Source: Flavobacteriales bacterium
GTDB lineage: Bacteria > Bacteroidota > Bacteroidia > NS11-12g > UBA955
NCBI GenBank assembly: GCA_947487175.1
Contig: CANKVM010000003.1
Coordinates: 1 to 59,792 of the forward strand
Reading direction: 5' to 3'
DNA length: 59,792 nt
The notes below the pieces were generated by a model, which was not told where the DNA came from, made no database searches, and saw only the letters and a program-made list of their open reading frames with translations. This document shows positions 8,825 to 18,617 of the stretch, piece by piece. Each line of letters starts with the position of its first letter. Positions within the stretch are counted from its first letter, which is position 1. Both the position numbers and the translations under genes were made by a program.

Positions 8825-10187
8825 TCACCCACTTTTTAATGTTGTCGCAATGAAATTCTCTCGTTTTAATTTTGATATAGGTTTTGCCTTTGTATTTGGC
8901 AACCCATTTATCAGTTGCTTGTTGCTTTTTCTTGGATTCAGCAGCCATTTGAATTCTGCTATAATCTTGAATCAAATTAGCTTGATGCGGAGCAATAAAC
9001 GATTTCAAATACACAATTCTATAAACCGCTCTCCCATCAGGCAACATAGTAATTTTAGGTTCTGAAAAATTTCCTGGTTTCATTTTCTCAACCACCTGTT
9101 TCACATCCGTTGGTAAGGTTTCAAACTCGGTTTTTTGCAATCCTGTTGCTTCATCAGTTAAAAATCCACAATACCCTTTATTTCCCATTTGCTCACTGGC
9201 ATGAGATTTAACTGCAATACACCAATCTAATTTACCAGATACCAATACACTATAAATACTATCTGTCAATTTTGATGCTTTAGAATAATCATCACTTGTA
9301 TTCTCGGGTCTAATTAAGATATGCTGAGCAATGATTCGCTCACCCTTACGTTTGATGAGTTTCATAATATGATAGCCATAATCTGTTTGAAATACAGGAC
9401 TAATACTATCTTCTTTTAATTTGAAAGCCATTCTTTCAAATTGTCCAACCATTTCTCCCCTTCCAAATTCAGGCAACAAACCATTGTTATTTTTCGAACC
9501 TGGATCCATAGAATAAGCCCTTGCTAATTTGTCAAAGCTTTCACCGTTTAAAATCCTTGTCTTTAATTCTTCTAATTGTGATTTTGCAAAATCTTGTGCA
9601 AGCGTTGAATAAGGCAATTCCAATATCAACTGGGCTACTTCAACTTCGGTAGCTACCAATGGGAGACTATCTTGAGGGATATTGTCATAGTATTGCTGAA
9701 CTTCTTTGGGACTAATTCTAACAGGCGATGTAATTTTATTTCTCATTTCTTGAGCCATTAACTGCTCGCGAATTTTAGGACGAATTTCATCTTTGTACTC
9801 TTGAATAGATTTGCCTATATACTTTTCCAATTCGGCTACACTTCCAACTTGGCGTTGGAAATATCGAATTCTATTATCAATATCAGATTCAATTCTGTCG
9901 TTTGTAATTGGCAAACTATCAATTTCAGCCTGACTTAACATTAATTTTTGAATAATCAATTTTTCAAAAAGCAAACAATAAAGCAAATGAGAATCCTTTA
10001 GGATTTGGCCTCGTGCCATGTCCATTTTTTCGGTTTCAAAATCACTCCTTCGAATAATTTTTTCGCCAATTACAGCCATTATGCCATCCACATATTTTGG
10101 AGGCAAGTTTGGACCTTGTTGCGCAGAAGAAGTTCCCCAAATAGAAAAGAGAAAAATTACTAAGAAAGACTTGCGTAAATGAATCAC
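8817..10187 (-). CDS. surA: SurA-like periplasmic chaperone / parvulin PPIase
   Basis: Signal peptide, VDGIMAVIG SurA N-terminal domain, F..LA..YS.DPGS...G.L parvulin motif. Confidence 0.8.
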   Translation of the reverse strand: MIHLRKSFLVIFLFSIWGTSSAQQGPNLPPKYVDGIMAVIGEKIIRRSDFETEKMDMARGQILKDSHLLYCLLFEKLIIQKLMLSQAEIDSLPITNDRIESDIDNRIRYFQRQVGSVAELEKYIGKSIQEYKDEIRPKIREQLMAQEMRNKITSPVRISPKEVQQYYDNIPQDSLPLVATEVEVAQLILELPYSTLAQDFAKSQLEELKTRILNGESFDKLARAYSMDPGSKNNNGLLPEFGRGEMVGQFERMAFKLKEDSISPVFQTDYGYHIMKLIKRKGERIIAQHILIRPENTSDDYSKASKLTDSIYSVLVSGKLDWCIAVKSHASEQMGNKGYCGFLTDEATGLQKTEFETLPTDVKQVVEKMKPGNFSEPKITMLPDGRAVYRIVYLKSFIAPHQANLIQDYSRIQMAAESKKKQQATDKWVAKYKGKTYIKIKTREFHCDNIKKWVNE

Positions 10188-10197
10188 TAGATTAAAA

Positions 10198-12294
10198 TTA
10201 TTGCGTAATTAATTTTTGTTTGAAAGCAGAAATCACATCCTCATTAATTGATACATTGTATTTGCTTTCTAGCTCTTTCAACCATTGGATTTCTAATTCT
10301 TCTTGGTATTTAGAAGCAACAGGACCCCTTGTTTCATCTAGTAATTTTGGACCAGCAGGCAAAAACTCTTTTACTTTAACAACAACATAATCATTTTGGA
10401 ATTGACCCAATTTAAAGATTTTATTTTTTGCAGTTTTGTATTCAGGATTGGCAAATATTTTATTCAAAACATCTGGCTGCGGGAACAAATAAGTATCCGT
10501 AGCTTGATATTTACCAATACGGTAATCAAAATCAAGTTGTTTCACTTTGGTATGAATTTTCTTCATGCTGTCGGCTGAAATACCTATTTTGGCCTCTTTC
10601 ATCACTTGTTTTGACATTTTTTCAGAAGAGCAATAATATACTTCGATATTAAATCTGTCTCCCCATGTGTATTCGGTATTATGCTGATCAAAATACTTTG
10701 CAAGACCAATTGAGTCGTTGTTTGCACGATCCCAAACCTTTTCTTGCATTCTATTGAACATTAAAATGCCTTCACGGTATTCTTGATAAATATCTCTAAA
10801 CTCAACAGATTTTTCTTCTAAATGATTGTTTTGATAATTTACAGCAATGTCCTTTACCCATGTGTTTAATTTAGACTCAACCGCTTCACTCACAGAAGAG
10901 GTGATTTTCTTTTTACCATTAATGCGCATTGCAAATTCTTCAACTGTAAATGATTCTCCCGCAAAATTGAACATTTCCATTTTAGGAAAATCAAATGAAA
11001 CAGTTTCTTTTTTCTTTGCAGCAGGATCTTTTATTTTAGTATACTTTGCAGGCAACATTTCAACCTTAAAATTGCCATTTAAGAAGTTTGTATCTAAAGA
11101 TTTTACCAAGAAATCAAATGCTTCTTTGTTTAATTTATAATTTTCTTCCTTTTTAACTTTATCAACCAAAGCATCTACTGAAATTTGAGAACGTTGGTTT
11201 TGTTGAACTTGATTCTTCAAAGTGTTTTTCATTTGATCAAATGAAACAATAGGCTTAACGCCTACTTTTTGTAAAATATGCCAACCAAAGCTCGATCTAA
11301 AAGGAGTTGTCATGTCACCAATATTTGGCAATTCATAAGCTTTGTCAATCCAATTCTGACGGTCAATGTCACCCACATATTGGGTGTTGTTCACATATTC
11401 CATTTCGCCACCATTGTATTTACTGCTAAAATCTTCGCTATAAGCCCTTGCCATTACATCAAATTTCTCTTCACCAGATTTTAGCTTCGTGTAAATTTCA
11501 TCTACTTTCTTTTTAGAAGCTTCATCTGTATTTTCAGCATTGGTTCCAACACGAATTAATATGTGCTTTACTTTAATATCGCCTCTGTTTTTGCGTTTTT
11601 CTTCAACACGAACAATATGAAAACCAAAATCCGTTCTGAATGGTTCTGAAATTTGTCCAATTGGAGTTTTGTATGCTTGGTTTTCAAATTCATAAACCAC
11701 TTGCAAAGCAGTCATATATCCCAAACTTCCACCTGAGTTTTTAGTTCCTGGATCTTCAGAGTCTGTTTTTGCATATTCAGCAAAATTATCCCCACTCGGA
11801 TTGCGTTTTAAAGATGCATACACTTCATTGATTCTTTTTGTTGCTTTGGCAACGTCAGATTCAGAAGCATCGCGATTGCACATTATCAAAATATGCGAAA
11901 CCTTAATTTCAGATTGCATTCTTTCATAAGCTTCTTCAATTAACCCTTGAGTAACCGCTCTATCATACAAATAATTTCTAGACAATTGCTCACGATACAT
12001 TGCTAACTCCTGTTTGTAAGCAGCCGCAGTATCTTTACCTGCATCAGATGCATCTTGGATTTTCAATTTGAACTTTACATAAAGCTTCAAATAATCATCT
12101 ATGTCTTTTGAAGTGACTTTCTTTTCATTCAAATTCAAGTTTTTCAAGAATTGACGTTCGAATTCACCCAAATACACTTTTTGTTTTCCATTGATAGTAA
12201 AAACTACAGGTTCATTGGTCGTGTTTTGAGATTTTACATTTCCTAAAACACCGAAACAAACTAAAAATAATACAATACTTTTTACGATTTTCAT
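10198..12294 (-). CDS. Periplasmic parvulin-type PPIase with two rotamase domains
   Basis: Signal peptide; HIL...SEDPGT...GG.LG...FGFHI and a second HIL...SED...FGWHI domain. Confidence 0.85.
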   Translation of the reverse strand: MKIVKSIVLFLVCFGVLGNVKSQNTTNEPVVFTINGKQKVYLGEFERQFLKNLNLNEKKVTSKDIDDYLKLYVKFKLKIQDASDAGKDTAAAYKQELAMYREQLSRNYLYDRAVTQGLIEEAYERMQSEIKVSHILIMCNRDASESDVAKATKRINEVYASLKRNPSGDNFAEYAKTDSEDPGTKNSGGSLGYMTALQVVYEFENQAYKTPIGQISEPFRTDFGFHIVRVEEKRKNRGDIKVKHILIRVGTNAENTDEASKKKVDEIYTKLKSGEEKFDVMARAYSEDFSSKYNGGEMEYVNNTQYVGDIDRQNWIDKAYELPNIGDMTTPFRSSFGWHILQKVGVKPIVSFDQMKNTLKNQVQQNQRSQISVDALVDKVKKEENYKLNKEAFDFLVKSLDTNFLNGNFKVEMLPAKYTKIKDPAAKKKETVSFDFPKMEMFNFAGESFTVEEFAMRINGKKKITSSVSEAVESKLNTWVKDIAVNYQNNHLEEKSVEFRDIYQEYREGILMFNRMQEKVWDRANNDSIGLAKYFDQHNTEYTWGDRFNIEVYYCSSEKMSKQVMKEAKIGISADSMKKIHTKVKQLDFDYRIGKYQATDTYLFPQPDVLNKIFANPEYKTAKNKIFKLGQFQNDYVVVKVKEFLPAGPKLLDETRGPVASKYQEELEIQWLKELESKYNVSINEDVISAFKQKLITQ

Positions 12295-12358
12295 AAGTCT
12301 AATAAATCTTTTCTATTTTAATTTTATAACAAGCAAAAATAAGCATTCTTAGCGAATG

Positions 12359-13354
12359 TTACACATTCTCTTCAATGGCTTTAAATAATTCATCTTTGAG
12401 AACATCTAACCCTTGTTCGGTAATTGAACTAAAGAATAAAACCTTAACATCTCCCATTTCCTTCACGATTTCGGCTTTTAACTCATCATCAAGCATCTCA
12501 GCCTTACTAATTGCTACAATTTTATCTTTCAATACCAATTCTTCATTAAATTGAGCCAACTCATTTATGAGCGTATTGTATTCCATTCTATGATTCTTAC
12601 TGTCTGATGGAATTAACAACAGCAATACGGCATTTCGTTCAATATGCTTTAAAAATCGATGTCCTAATCCCTTACCCAAATGAGCTCCTTCAATAATTCC
12701 AGGAATATCTGCCATAACAAAACTTCTAAAGTCACGATATTTCACTACCCCCAAATTAGGTGTTAGTGTTGTAAAAGCATAATCTGCGATTTCAGGTTTT
12801 GCAGCAGACAATACACTTAACAAGGTGCTCTTGCCCGCATTTGGAAAACCAACCAAACCAACATCCGCCAATACTTTTAACTCCAAAACCATCCAACGCT
12901 CCACTCCTGGTTCGCCAGGTTGGGCATATTGTGGTGCTTGGTTTGTAGGTGTTGCAAAATGCGCATTCCCTAAACCACCTCTACCTCCAGGAATCAATAC
13001 TTTTTTCTCACCATCTGCAGTTATTTCAAATAAGATCTCACCGGTTTCAGCATCTTTTGCAACTGTTCCCAATGGAACATCCAAAATAATATTTTCACCA
13101 GAAGCGCCAGTACTTGTACTTTCACTTCCTCCTATACCATCTCCTGCCATAACGTGCTTTCTGAATTTCAAATGCAACAACGTCCACATTTGCTTATTTC
13201 CCATAAGAATTATATCACCTCCCTTTCCTCCATCGCCACCATCTGGACCACCACGTGGATTTATTTTTGAACGATTATAATGACGACTTCCCGCGCCACC
13301 ATTGCCACTACGACAACATATTTTAACGTAATCAATAAAATTACTTTCAGCCAT
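12359..13354 (-). CDS. obgE: GTPase ObgE/CgtA
   Basis: GGPDGGDGG Obg fold, GFPNAGKST, YAFTT, DIPG. Confidence 0.96.
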   Translation of the reverse strand: MAESNFIDYVKICCRSGNGGAGSRHYNRSKINPRGGPDGGDGGKGGDIILMGNKQMWTLLHLKFRKHVMAGDGIGGSESTSTGASGENIILDVPLGTVAKDAETGEILFEITADGEKKVLIPGGRGGLGNAHFATPTNQAPQYAQPGEPGVERWMVLELKVLADVGLVGFPNAGKSTLLSVLSAAKPEIADYAFTTLTPNLGVVKYRDFRSFVMADIPGIIEGAHLGKGLGHRFLKHIERNAVLLLLIPSDSKNHRMEYNTLINELAQFNEELVLKDKIVAISKAEMLDDELKAEIVKEMGDVKVLFFSSITEQGLDVLKDELFKAIEENV

Positions 13355-13406
13355 TTCACTGCAAAGGTCGTTAAAATTCAGCTACCTTTGTATTTTTGCA
13401 CTCGGA

Positions 13407-15983
13407 ATGTCTATTTCTCATCAATATAATTTCAACGAAATCGAATCAAAATGGCAAAAACATTGGAAAGATTCGCAATTGTACAAGGTTATTGAAAACT
13501 CTTCAAAGCCAAAATTCTATGCATTAGATATGTTTCCTTATCCCTCCGGATCAGGTTTACATGTTGGTCACCCTTTGGGTTACATTGCAAGTGATATTGT
13601 TTCTCGTTACAAAAGATTGAATGGATTCAATGTGCTACATCCAATGGGCTACGATGCTTTCGGATTGCCCGCTGAACAATATGCCATTCAAACTGGTCAA
13701 CACCCAGCCGTTACCACAGAACAAAATATTATTAGATTTAGAGAGCAGCTCGACAAAATGGGCTTTTGCTTTGATTGGGATAGACAAGTAAAAACTTGTG
13801 ATGCTAATTATTACAAATGGACGCAATGGATATTTTCATTGTTTTTTACCCATTGGTTCAATAAAGATTTGCAAAAAGCGCAAAAAATTGAAGATTTAAT
13901 TTCAGTATTTTCAGCAAATGGAAATATTGGAATCAACGCTCATTCAGGTAAAATTCATTCCTTTACAGCCAATGAATGGAATGCGTATAATACTCACCAA
14001 CAAAATGAGGTACTCAACCAATACCGTTTGGCATTCATTGACGAAACTACTGTCAATTGGTGCGAAGAAATGGGTACGGTTCTAGCCAATGAAGAAGTTG
14101 TAAATGGCCTAAGTGAAAGAGGTGGATATCCAGTTATTCGTAAAAAAATGAAGCAATGGAGTTTGCGAATTACAGCTTATGCCGACAAACTGCTTCAAGG
14201 TTTAGAAACCATTAAATGGTCAGATTCAATCAAAGAAATTCAAAAAAATTGGATTGGAAGAAGTGAAGGCGCTGAAATTGATTTTAATATTGAGGGACAT
14301 TCAACTAAAATCAAAGTTTTCACTACACGTCCAGATACATTGTTCGGAGCTACTTTTATGGTTATTGCTCCCGAAAGTGAATTAATCAATAGCATTTGCA
14401 GCGACAATCAAAAACAATTGGTTTTAGATTATGCTGCTAAAGCAAAAAATAGAAGTGAAATTGAACGAATGGCCGACACCAAAAAAACAGGTGTTTTTAC
14501 AGGCGCATCTGCCATCAATCCTTTCACAAATAAATCTATTCCAGTTTGGGTTAGCGACTATGTTTTGGCAGGTTATGGAACTGGTGCTATTATGGCAGTT
14601 CCAGCACATGATGAGCGCGACTTTGAATTTGCACAAACCTTTGGATTGGATATAATTCCTGTAATAAAACCTGAAAATGAAACCATTGAAGTTCCATTGT
14701 CAGAGGCATTTAGTGCCAAAGATGGAATTTGTTTCAACAGTGGTTTCTTAGATGGATTAACAGTAAAAGATGCAATAAAAACTGCCATTTCTAAGGTTGA
14801 AGAATTAGAAATTGGCAGTAAAAAAATCAACTATAAATTGCGTGAAGCTGGTTTCGGCAGACAACGCTATTGGGGTGAACCCTTTCCAATCATTTGGAAC
14901 GATCAAATTCCCCAGCTTGTTAATGAATTTCCAGTAGAATTACCAAAAGTTGAATCATACAAACCCACTGGTACTGGAGAAAGTCCTTTGGCTGCTGTTT
15001 CTGATTGGGTAAATACCGCCATTGGTAAAAGAGAAACCGACACCATGCCAGGATGGGCAGGAAGTAGCTGGTATTTTTTACGTTACATGGATCCTAATAA
15101 TTCAACAGCGTTTGCTAGCAAAGAAGCCTTAGAATATTGGAATCAAGTTGATTTGTATGTTGGGGGAAGTGAACACGCAACAGGACATTTGTTATACAGC
15201 AGATTTTGGACGAAATTCTTAAATGACTTAGGATATATCAGTTGGGATGAACCATTCAAGCGCTTGGTAAACCAAGGCATGATCATGGGTGAAGATGGTC
15301 AAAAAATGAGCAAACGTTGGGGCAATGTTGTTAATCCCGATGATGTTTGCGAACAATACGGAGCAGATACCTTAAGATTATATGAAATGTTCCTAGGTCC
15401 ATTAACTGACAGCAAACCTTGGAATACACATGGAATTGAAGGCGTTTCTCGATTTTTAGGGAAATTTTGGCGTTTATTCATCCAAAACGAACAATTTAGT
15501 GTGTCAAGTGAAACCGCTTCAGCAGAAGAGCTAAAAATCCTTCATAAAACCATTAAAAAGATTTCAGAAGATATTGAATCAATGAGTTTCAATACCTCAG
15601 TATCTGCATTTATGGTATGCGTGAATGAATTGGGCACATTAAAATGCAATAAATTAGAAATATTAAAGCCGTTATTGGTTTTACTTGCGCCATTTGCGCC
15701 GCATGTTACTGAAGAGTTATGGGAAGCACTTGGTGAGAATACAAGTATTCACAAAAGTGATTGGCCAAAATTCAACAGCGAATATTTGGCAGAAAGTAGC
15801 TTCACGTATCCTATAAGTATTAATGGAAAAACCAGAACGCAACTAGAATTTGATATTAATGCTGATGTGAAAGACATCGAAGCCGCGGTATTGAACAATG
15901 AAATTGTTTTAAAGTGGACAAACGGTGAAAAACCTAAAAAGGTTATTGTGGTTAAAAACAGAATTGTAAACGTAGTTATATAA
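13407..15983 (+). CDS. leuS: Leucine--tRNA ligase
   Basis: MFPYPSG..LHVGH, FTTRPDT editing domain, YGTGAIMAVPAHD, KMSKR. Confidence 0.97.
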   Translation: MSISHQYNFNEIESKWQKHWKDSQLYKVIENSSKPKFYALDMFPYPSGSGLHVGHPLGYIASDIVSRYKRLNGFNVLHPMGYDAFGLPAEQYAIQTGQHPAVTTEQNIIRFREQLDKMGFCFDWDRQVKTCDANYYKWTQWIFSLFFTHWFNKDLQKAQKIEDLISVFSANGNIGINAHSGKIHSFTANEWNAYNTHQQNEVLNQYRLAFIDETTVNWCEEMGTVLANEEVVNGLSERGGYPVIRKKMKQWSLRITAYADKLLQGLETIKWSDSIKEIQKNWIGRSEGAEIDFNIEGHSTKIKVFTTRPDTLFGATFMVIAPESELINSICSDNQKQLVLDYAAKAKNRSEIERMADTKKTGVFTGASAINPFTNKSIPVWVSDYVLAGYGTGAIMAVPAHDERDFEFAQTFGLDIIPVIKPENETIEVPLSEAFSAKDGICFNSGFLDGLTVKDAIKTAISKVEELEIGSKKINYKLREAGFGRQRYWGEPFPIIWNDQIPQLVNEFPVELPKVESYKPTGTGESPLAAVSDWVNTAIGKRETDTMPGWAGSSWYFLRYMDPNNSTAFASKEALEYWNQVDLYVGGSEHATGHLLYSRFWTKFLNDLGYISWDEPFKRLVNQGMIMGEDGQKMSKRWGNVVNPDDVCEQYGADTLRLYEMFLGPLTDSKPWNTHGIEGVSRFLGKFWRLFIQNEQFSVSSETASAEELKILHKTIKKISEDIESMSFNTSVSAFMVCVNELGTLKCNKLEILKPLLVLLAPFAPHVTEELWEALGENTSIHKSDWPKFNSEYLAESSFTYPISINGKTRTQLEFDINADVKDIEAAVLNNEIVLKWTNGEKPKKVIVVKNRIVNVVI

Positions 15984-16000
15984 ATATTAGATTTACATAA

Positions 16001-16037
16001 AACAGAAAGGGAGCGATTTTATCGCTCCCTTTCTGTT
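16001..16037. terminator. Bidirectional terminator between leuS and the isc operon
   Basis: Perfect 17-bp inverted repeat AACAGAAAGGGAGCGAT-ttt-ATCGCTCCCTTTCTGTT. Confidence 0.85.
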
Positions 16038-16057
16038 AACAAAACTATATAAAAAGA

Positions 16058-16207
16058 CTAATAAGCTTTTTGTAAAAACAATTTAAATTCATTTTTCAAT
16101 TCAGAAAATATATGATTAAATGTATCCATTTGATCGCGTAATTCCAGATGATCATCAACTTTCCTATGGTCATGACACCTATCAGATGCACATATGATTT
16201 TAATCAT
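16058..16207 (-). CDS. Putative 49-aa small protein at the end of the isc operon
   Basis: ATG 13 nt after the S4-gene stop with an AT-rich leader; stop lies 20 nt before the terminator; MIKIICASDRCHDHRKVDDH... Confidence 0.35.
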   Translation of the reverse strand: MIKIICASDRCHDHRKVDDHLELRDQMDTFNHIFSELKNEFKLFLQKAY

Positions 16208-16220
16208 AAATAAAAAGTAA

Positions 16221-16433
16221 TTAAGCTGCTTGAACCTTGGCTTTTTGTCCCTCAAATTCAATAATAAAATCGGGATAAACTTTATTCCTTTTGCGAAGTT
16301 CGATTTTACCGTTTACCTTAACCAATTCGGCATCTATTACCTCATTTGCCATACTTCCAGACTCAACCCAGCCCATCAGTTTCAAGGCTTGATTCAATTG
16401 AATGTAAGGAGTATTAATAGTAAGAATTTCCAA
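16221..16433 (-). CDS. Stand-alone S4-domain RNA-binding protein (YaaA/YbcJ-like)
   Basis: IQLNQALK..G..ESG...VKVNG..E.RKR.K. Confidence 0.88.
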   Translation of the reverse strand: MEILTINTPYIQLNQALKLMGWVESGSMANEVIDAELVKVNGKIELRKRNKVYPDFIIEFEGQKAKVQAA

Positions 16434-16435
16434 AA

Positions 16436-16783
16436 TTAGATAGAGAAACTTTCGCCGCAGCCGCAGGTTCTTGAAGCATTAGGATTGACAAAATTGAATC
16501 CTTTGCCGTTTAATCCATCAGAAAAATCCAATTCTGTTCCGCATAGGTATAAAAAACTTTTCATGTCGCAAACCAATTTGAAATTTGAATCACCGAATTC
16601 CATGTCCCCTTTTTTGGGTTCATTATCAAAATCCAATTCATAAGTCAAACCAGAGCAACCTCCGCCCTTAACACCTACACGCAAGAAATATTCTGGAGAT
16701 GCAATATTTGCATCACGCATTAAATCATAAGCTTTTCCCAAAGCTTTTTCAGTAATTGTTATTGCACCTGCATCAGCCAACAT
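16436..16783 (-). CDS. iscA: A-type Fe-S carrier (HesB/IscA)
   Basis: GGGCSG and CGCGESF. Confidence 0.92.
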   Translation of the reverse strand: MLADAGAITITEKALGKAYDLMRDANIASPEYFLRVGVKGGGCSGLTYELDFDNEPKKGDMEFGDSNFKLVCDMKSFLYLCGTELDFSDGLNGKGFNFVNPNASRTCGCGESFSI

Positions 16784-16794
16784 AGGAAAAAATA

Positions 16795-17211
16795 TTAATG
16801 GTGTACTTTTTCAGAAATCAAAGGCTCTAAACCTTGTTTTGCTCTGTAATCGTTAATTGCCATACGAATAGCATCTTCAGCCAAAACTGAACAATGTATT
16901 TTAACGGGTGGCAATGCCAATTCCTCAACAATATCCATATTGTCAATTTCTAATGCTTGGTCAATTGTTTTACCTTTTAACCATTCAGTAGCCAAAGACG
17001 AAGAAGCAATTGCAGATCCACATCCAAATGTTTTAAATTTAGCATCTTGAATAACGCCTGTTTCATCGTTAACTTCAATTTGCAAACGCATTACATCGCC
17101 ACATTCTGGAGCACCTACCAAACCTGTGCCAACAGTATTTTTAGATTTATCTAAAGTCCCAATATTTCTTGGATTGGTATAATGATCAACTACTTTATCT
17201 GAATATGCCAT
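16795..17211 (-). CDS. iscU: Fe-S scaffold protein
   Basis: GAPECGD, FGCGSA, LPPVKIHC. Confidence 0.96.
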   Translation of the reverse strand: MAYSDKVVDHYTNPRNIGTLDKSKNTVGTGLVGAPECGDVMRLQIEVNDETGVIQDAKFKTFGCGSAIASSSLATEWLKGKTIDQALEIDNMDIVEELALPPVKIHCSVLAEDAIRMAINDYRAKQGLEPLISEKVHH

Positions 17212-17239
17212 ATTGCTTTTTTTACTTGATTACAAAGTT

Positions 17240-17258
17240 ATTTAAAATGTTTCTAAAT
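17240..17258. promoter_or_regulatory. Fur-like palindromic operator beside the iscU -7 element (TAACTTTG, minus strand, 17233-17240)
   Basis: ATTTAAAATGTTTCTAAAT, matching TTTA(G/A)A-N5-TCTAAA. Confidence 0.55.
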
Positions 17259-17283
17259 TAAAAATTATTTCGACCAAATCGGA

Positions 17284-18495
17284 TTAATGTTCTGTCCACT
17301 CAATCGATTTCAAATCGATTCCTTCTTTGAACATTTCCCAAAGTGGGCTCATGTCACGAAGTTTGTTAACGGCTTCTGTAACACAATTGATTGTATAATC
17401 AACTTCTTCTTCTGTTGTAAAACGACCTAACCCAAAACGCAAACTGCTGTGGGCCAATTCGTCATCTAAACCTAAACTCTTCAATACGTAACTTGGTTCT
17501 AAAGATGCACTGGTACAAGCTGATCCAGACGAAACTGCGATATCCTTGATTCCCATCATCAATCCTTCTCCCTCAACATATTTAAAACTAATGTTTGCGG
17601 TATGAGGCAAACGATGTTCTGCACTTCCATTCACGTAACTCTCTTCAAGGTTAAGCAACGCTTTTTCTAACTTATCTCTTAACGCACTCAAACGAATTGC
17701 TTCAGCGTCCATTTCCAATCTTGCCAATTCGCAAGCTTTGCCTAATCCTACTATACCTGGAACGTTCAAAGTACCAGATCTCATTCCTCTTTCATGTCCA
17801 CCGCCATCCATTTGAGCTGTTACTTTAACTCTTGGATTTTTTCTGCGAACATACAAAGCACCAATACCTTTAGGACCATACATTTTGTGAGCTGTGAAAC
17901 TCATCAAATCAATATTGTCGGCTAAAACATCTACAGGAATTTTGCCTACAGTTTGAGTTGCATCTGTATGAAACAAAACACCTTTTTCTTTACATAACTT
18001 GCCAATTTCGCGAATGGGTTGAATTACACCCAATTCATTATTACCATACATTACAGAAACCAAAACGGTATTTGGTTTAATTGCCTCAGCAACTTGTTCT
18101 ACCTTCAATAAACCATCAGATCCAACAGGTAAATAAGTAATTTCTGCACCTAATTTTTCTAAATGCTTACATGCATCTAAAACCGCTTTATGTTCAGTAG
18201 TCACTGTAATAAAGTGATTTCCTTTTGCTGCGTACATTTCATATACCCCTTTAATTGCGAGGTTATTACTTTCGGTTGCACCGCTGGTAAAAATGATTTC
18301 TTTTTCGTTTGCGCCAATTAGCGTAGCAATTTGCTCACGGGCGTAGTCAACTGCTTCTTCTGCTTTCCATCCAAAAGGGTGACTCTTACTTGCCGCATTT
18401 CCAAAATCATGCAAAAAATAGGGAATCATAACTTCAAAAACTCTTGGATCAACTTGAGTAGTTGCATTGTTGTCTAAATATACGGGTAGTTTCAT
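17284..18495 (-). CDS. iscS: Cysteine desulfurase, group I
   Basis: [32 protein letters not shown]. Confidence 0.96.
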   Translation of the reverse strand: MKLPVYLDNNATTQVDPRVFEVMIPYFLHDFGNAASKSHPFGWKAEEAVDYAREQIATLIGANEKEIIFTSGATESNNLAIKGVYEMYAAKGNHFITVTTEHKAVLDACKHLEKLGAEITYLPVGSDGLLKVEQVAEAIKPNTVLVSVMYGNNELGVIQPIREIGKLCKEKGVLFHTDATQTVGKIPVDVLADNIDLMSFTAHKMYGPKGIGALYVRRKNPRVKVTAQMDGGGHERGMRSGTLNVPGIVGLGKACELARLEMDAEAIRLSALRDKLEKALLNLEESYVNGSAEHRLPHTANISFKYVEGEGLMMGIKDIAVSSGSACTSASLEPSYVLKSLGLDDELAHSSLRFGLGRFTTEEEVDYTINCVTEAVNKLRDMSPLWEMFKEGIDLKSIEWTEH

Positions 18496-18520
18496 GTTGG
18501 TTTTTACTTGATTAATTATA

Positions 18521-18539
18521 ATTTAGATTGGTTCTAAAC
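18521..18539. promoter_or_regulatory. Fur-like palindromic operator over the predicted iscS start site (-7 element TACTTTTG, minus strand, 18542-18549)
   Basis: TTTAGA-ttggt-TCTAAA. Confidence 0.6.
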
Positions 18540-18617
18540 TGCAAAAGTAACATTCAAATGTCAAAATAGTTCAGCTTTTCGTTAATTTGCACAAACAATT
18601 AACAATTTAATTATAAA

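Noticed and set aside
16208-16261. TTG-started extension of the sORF given in the ORF track (67 aa)
   Set aside because: It overlaps the S4 gene; ATG 16207 is the more plausible start.
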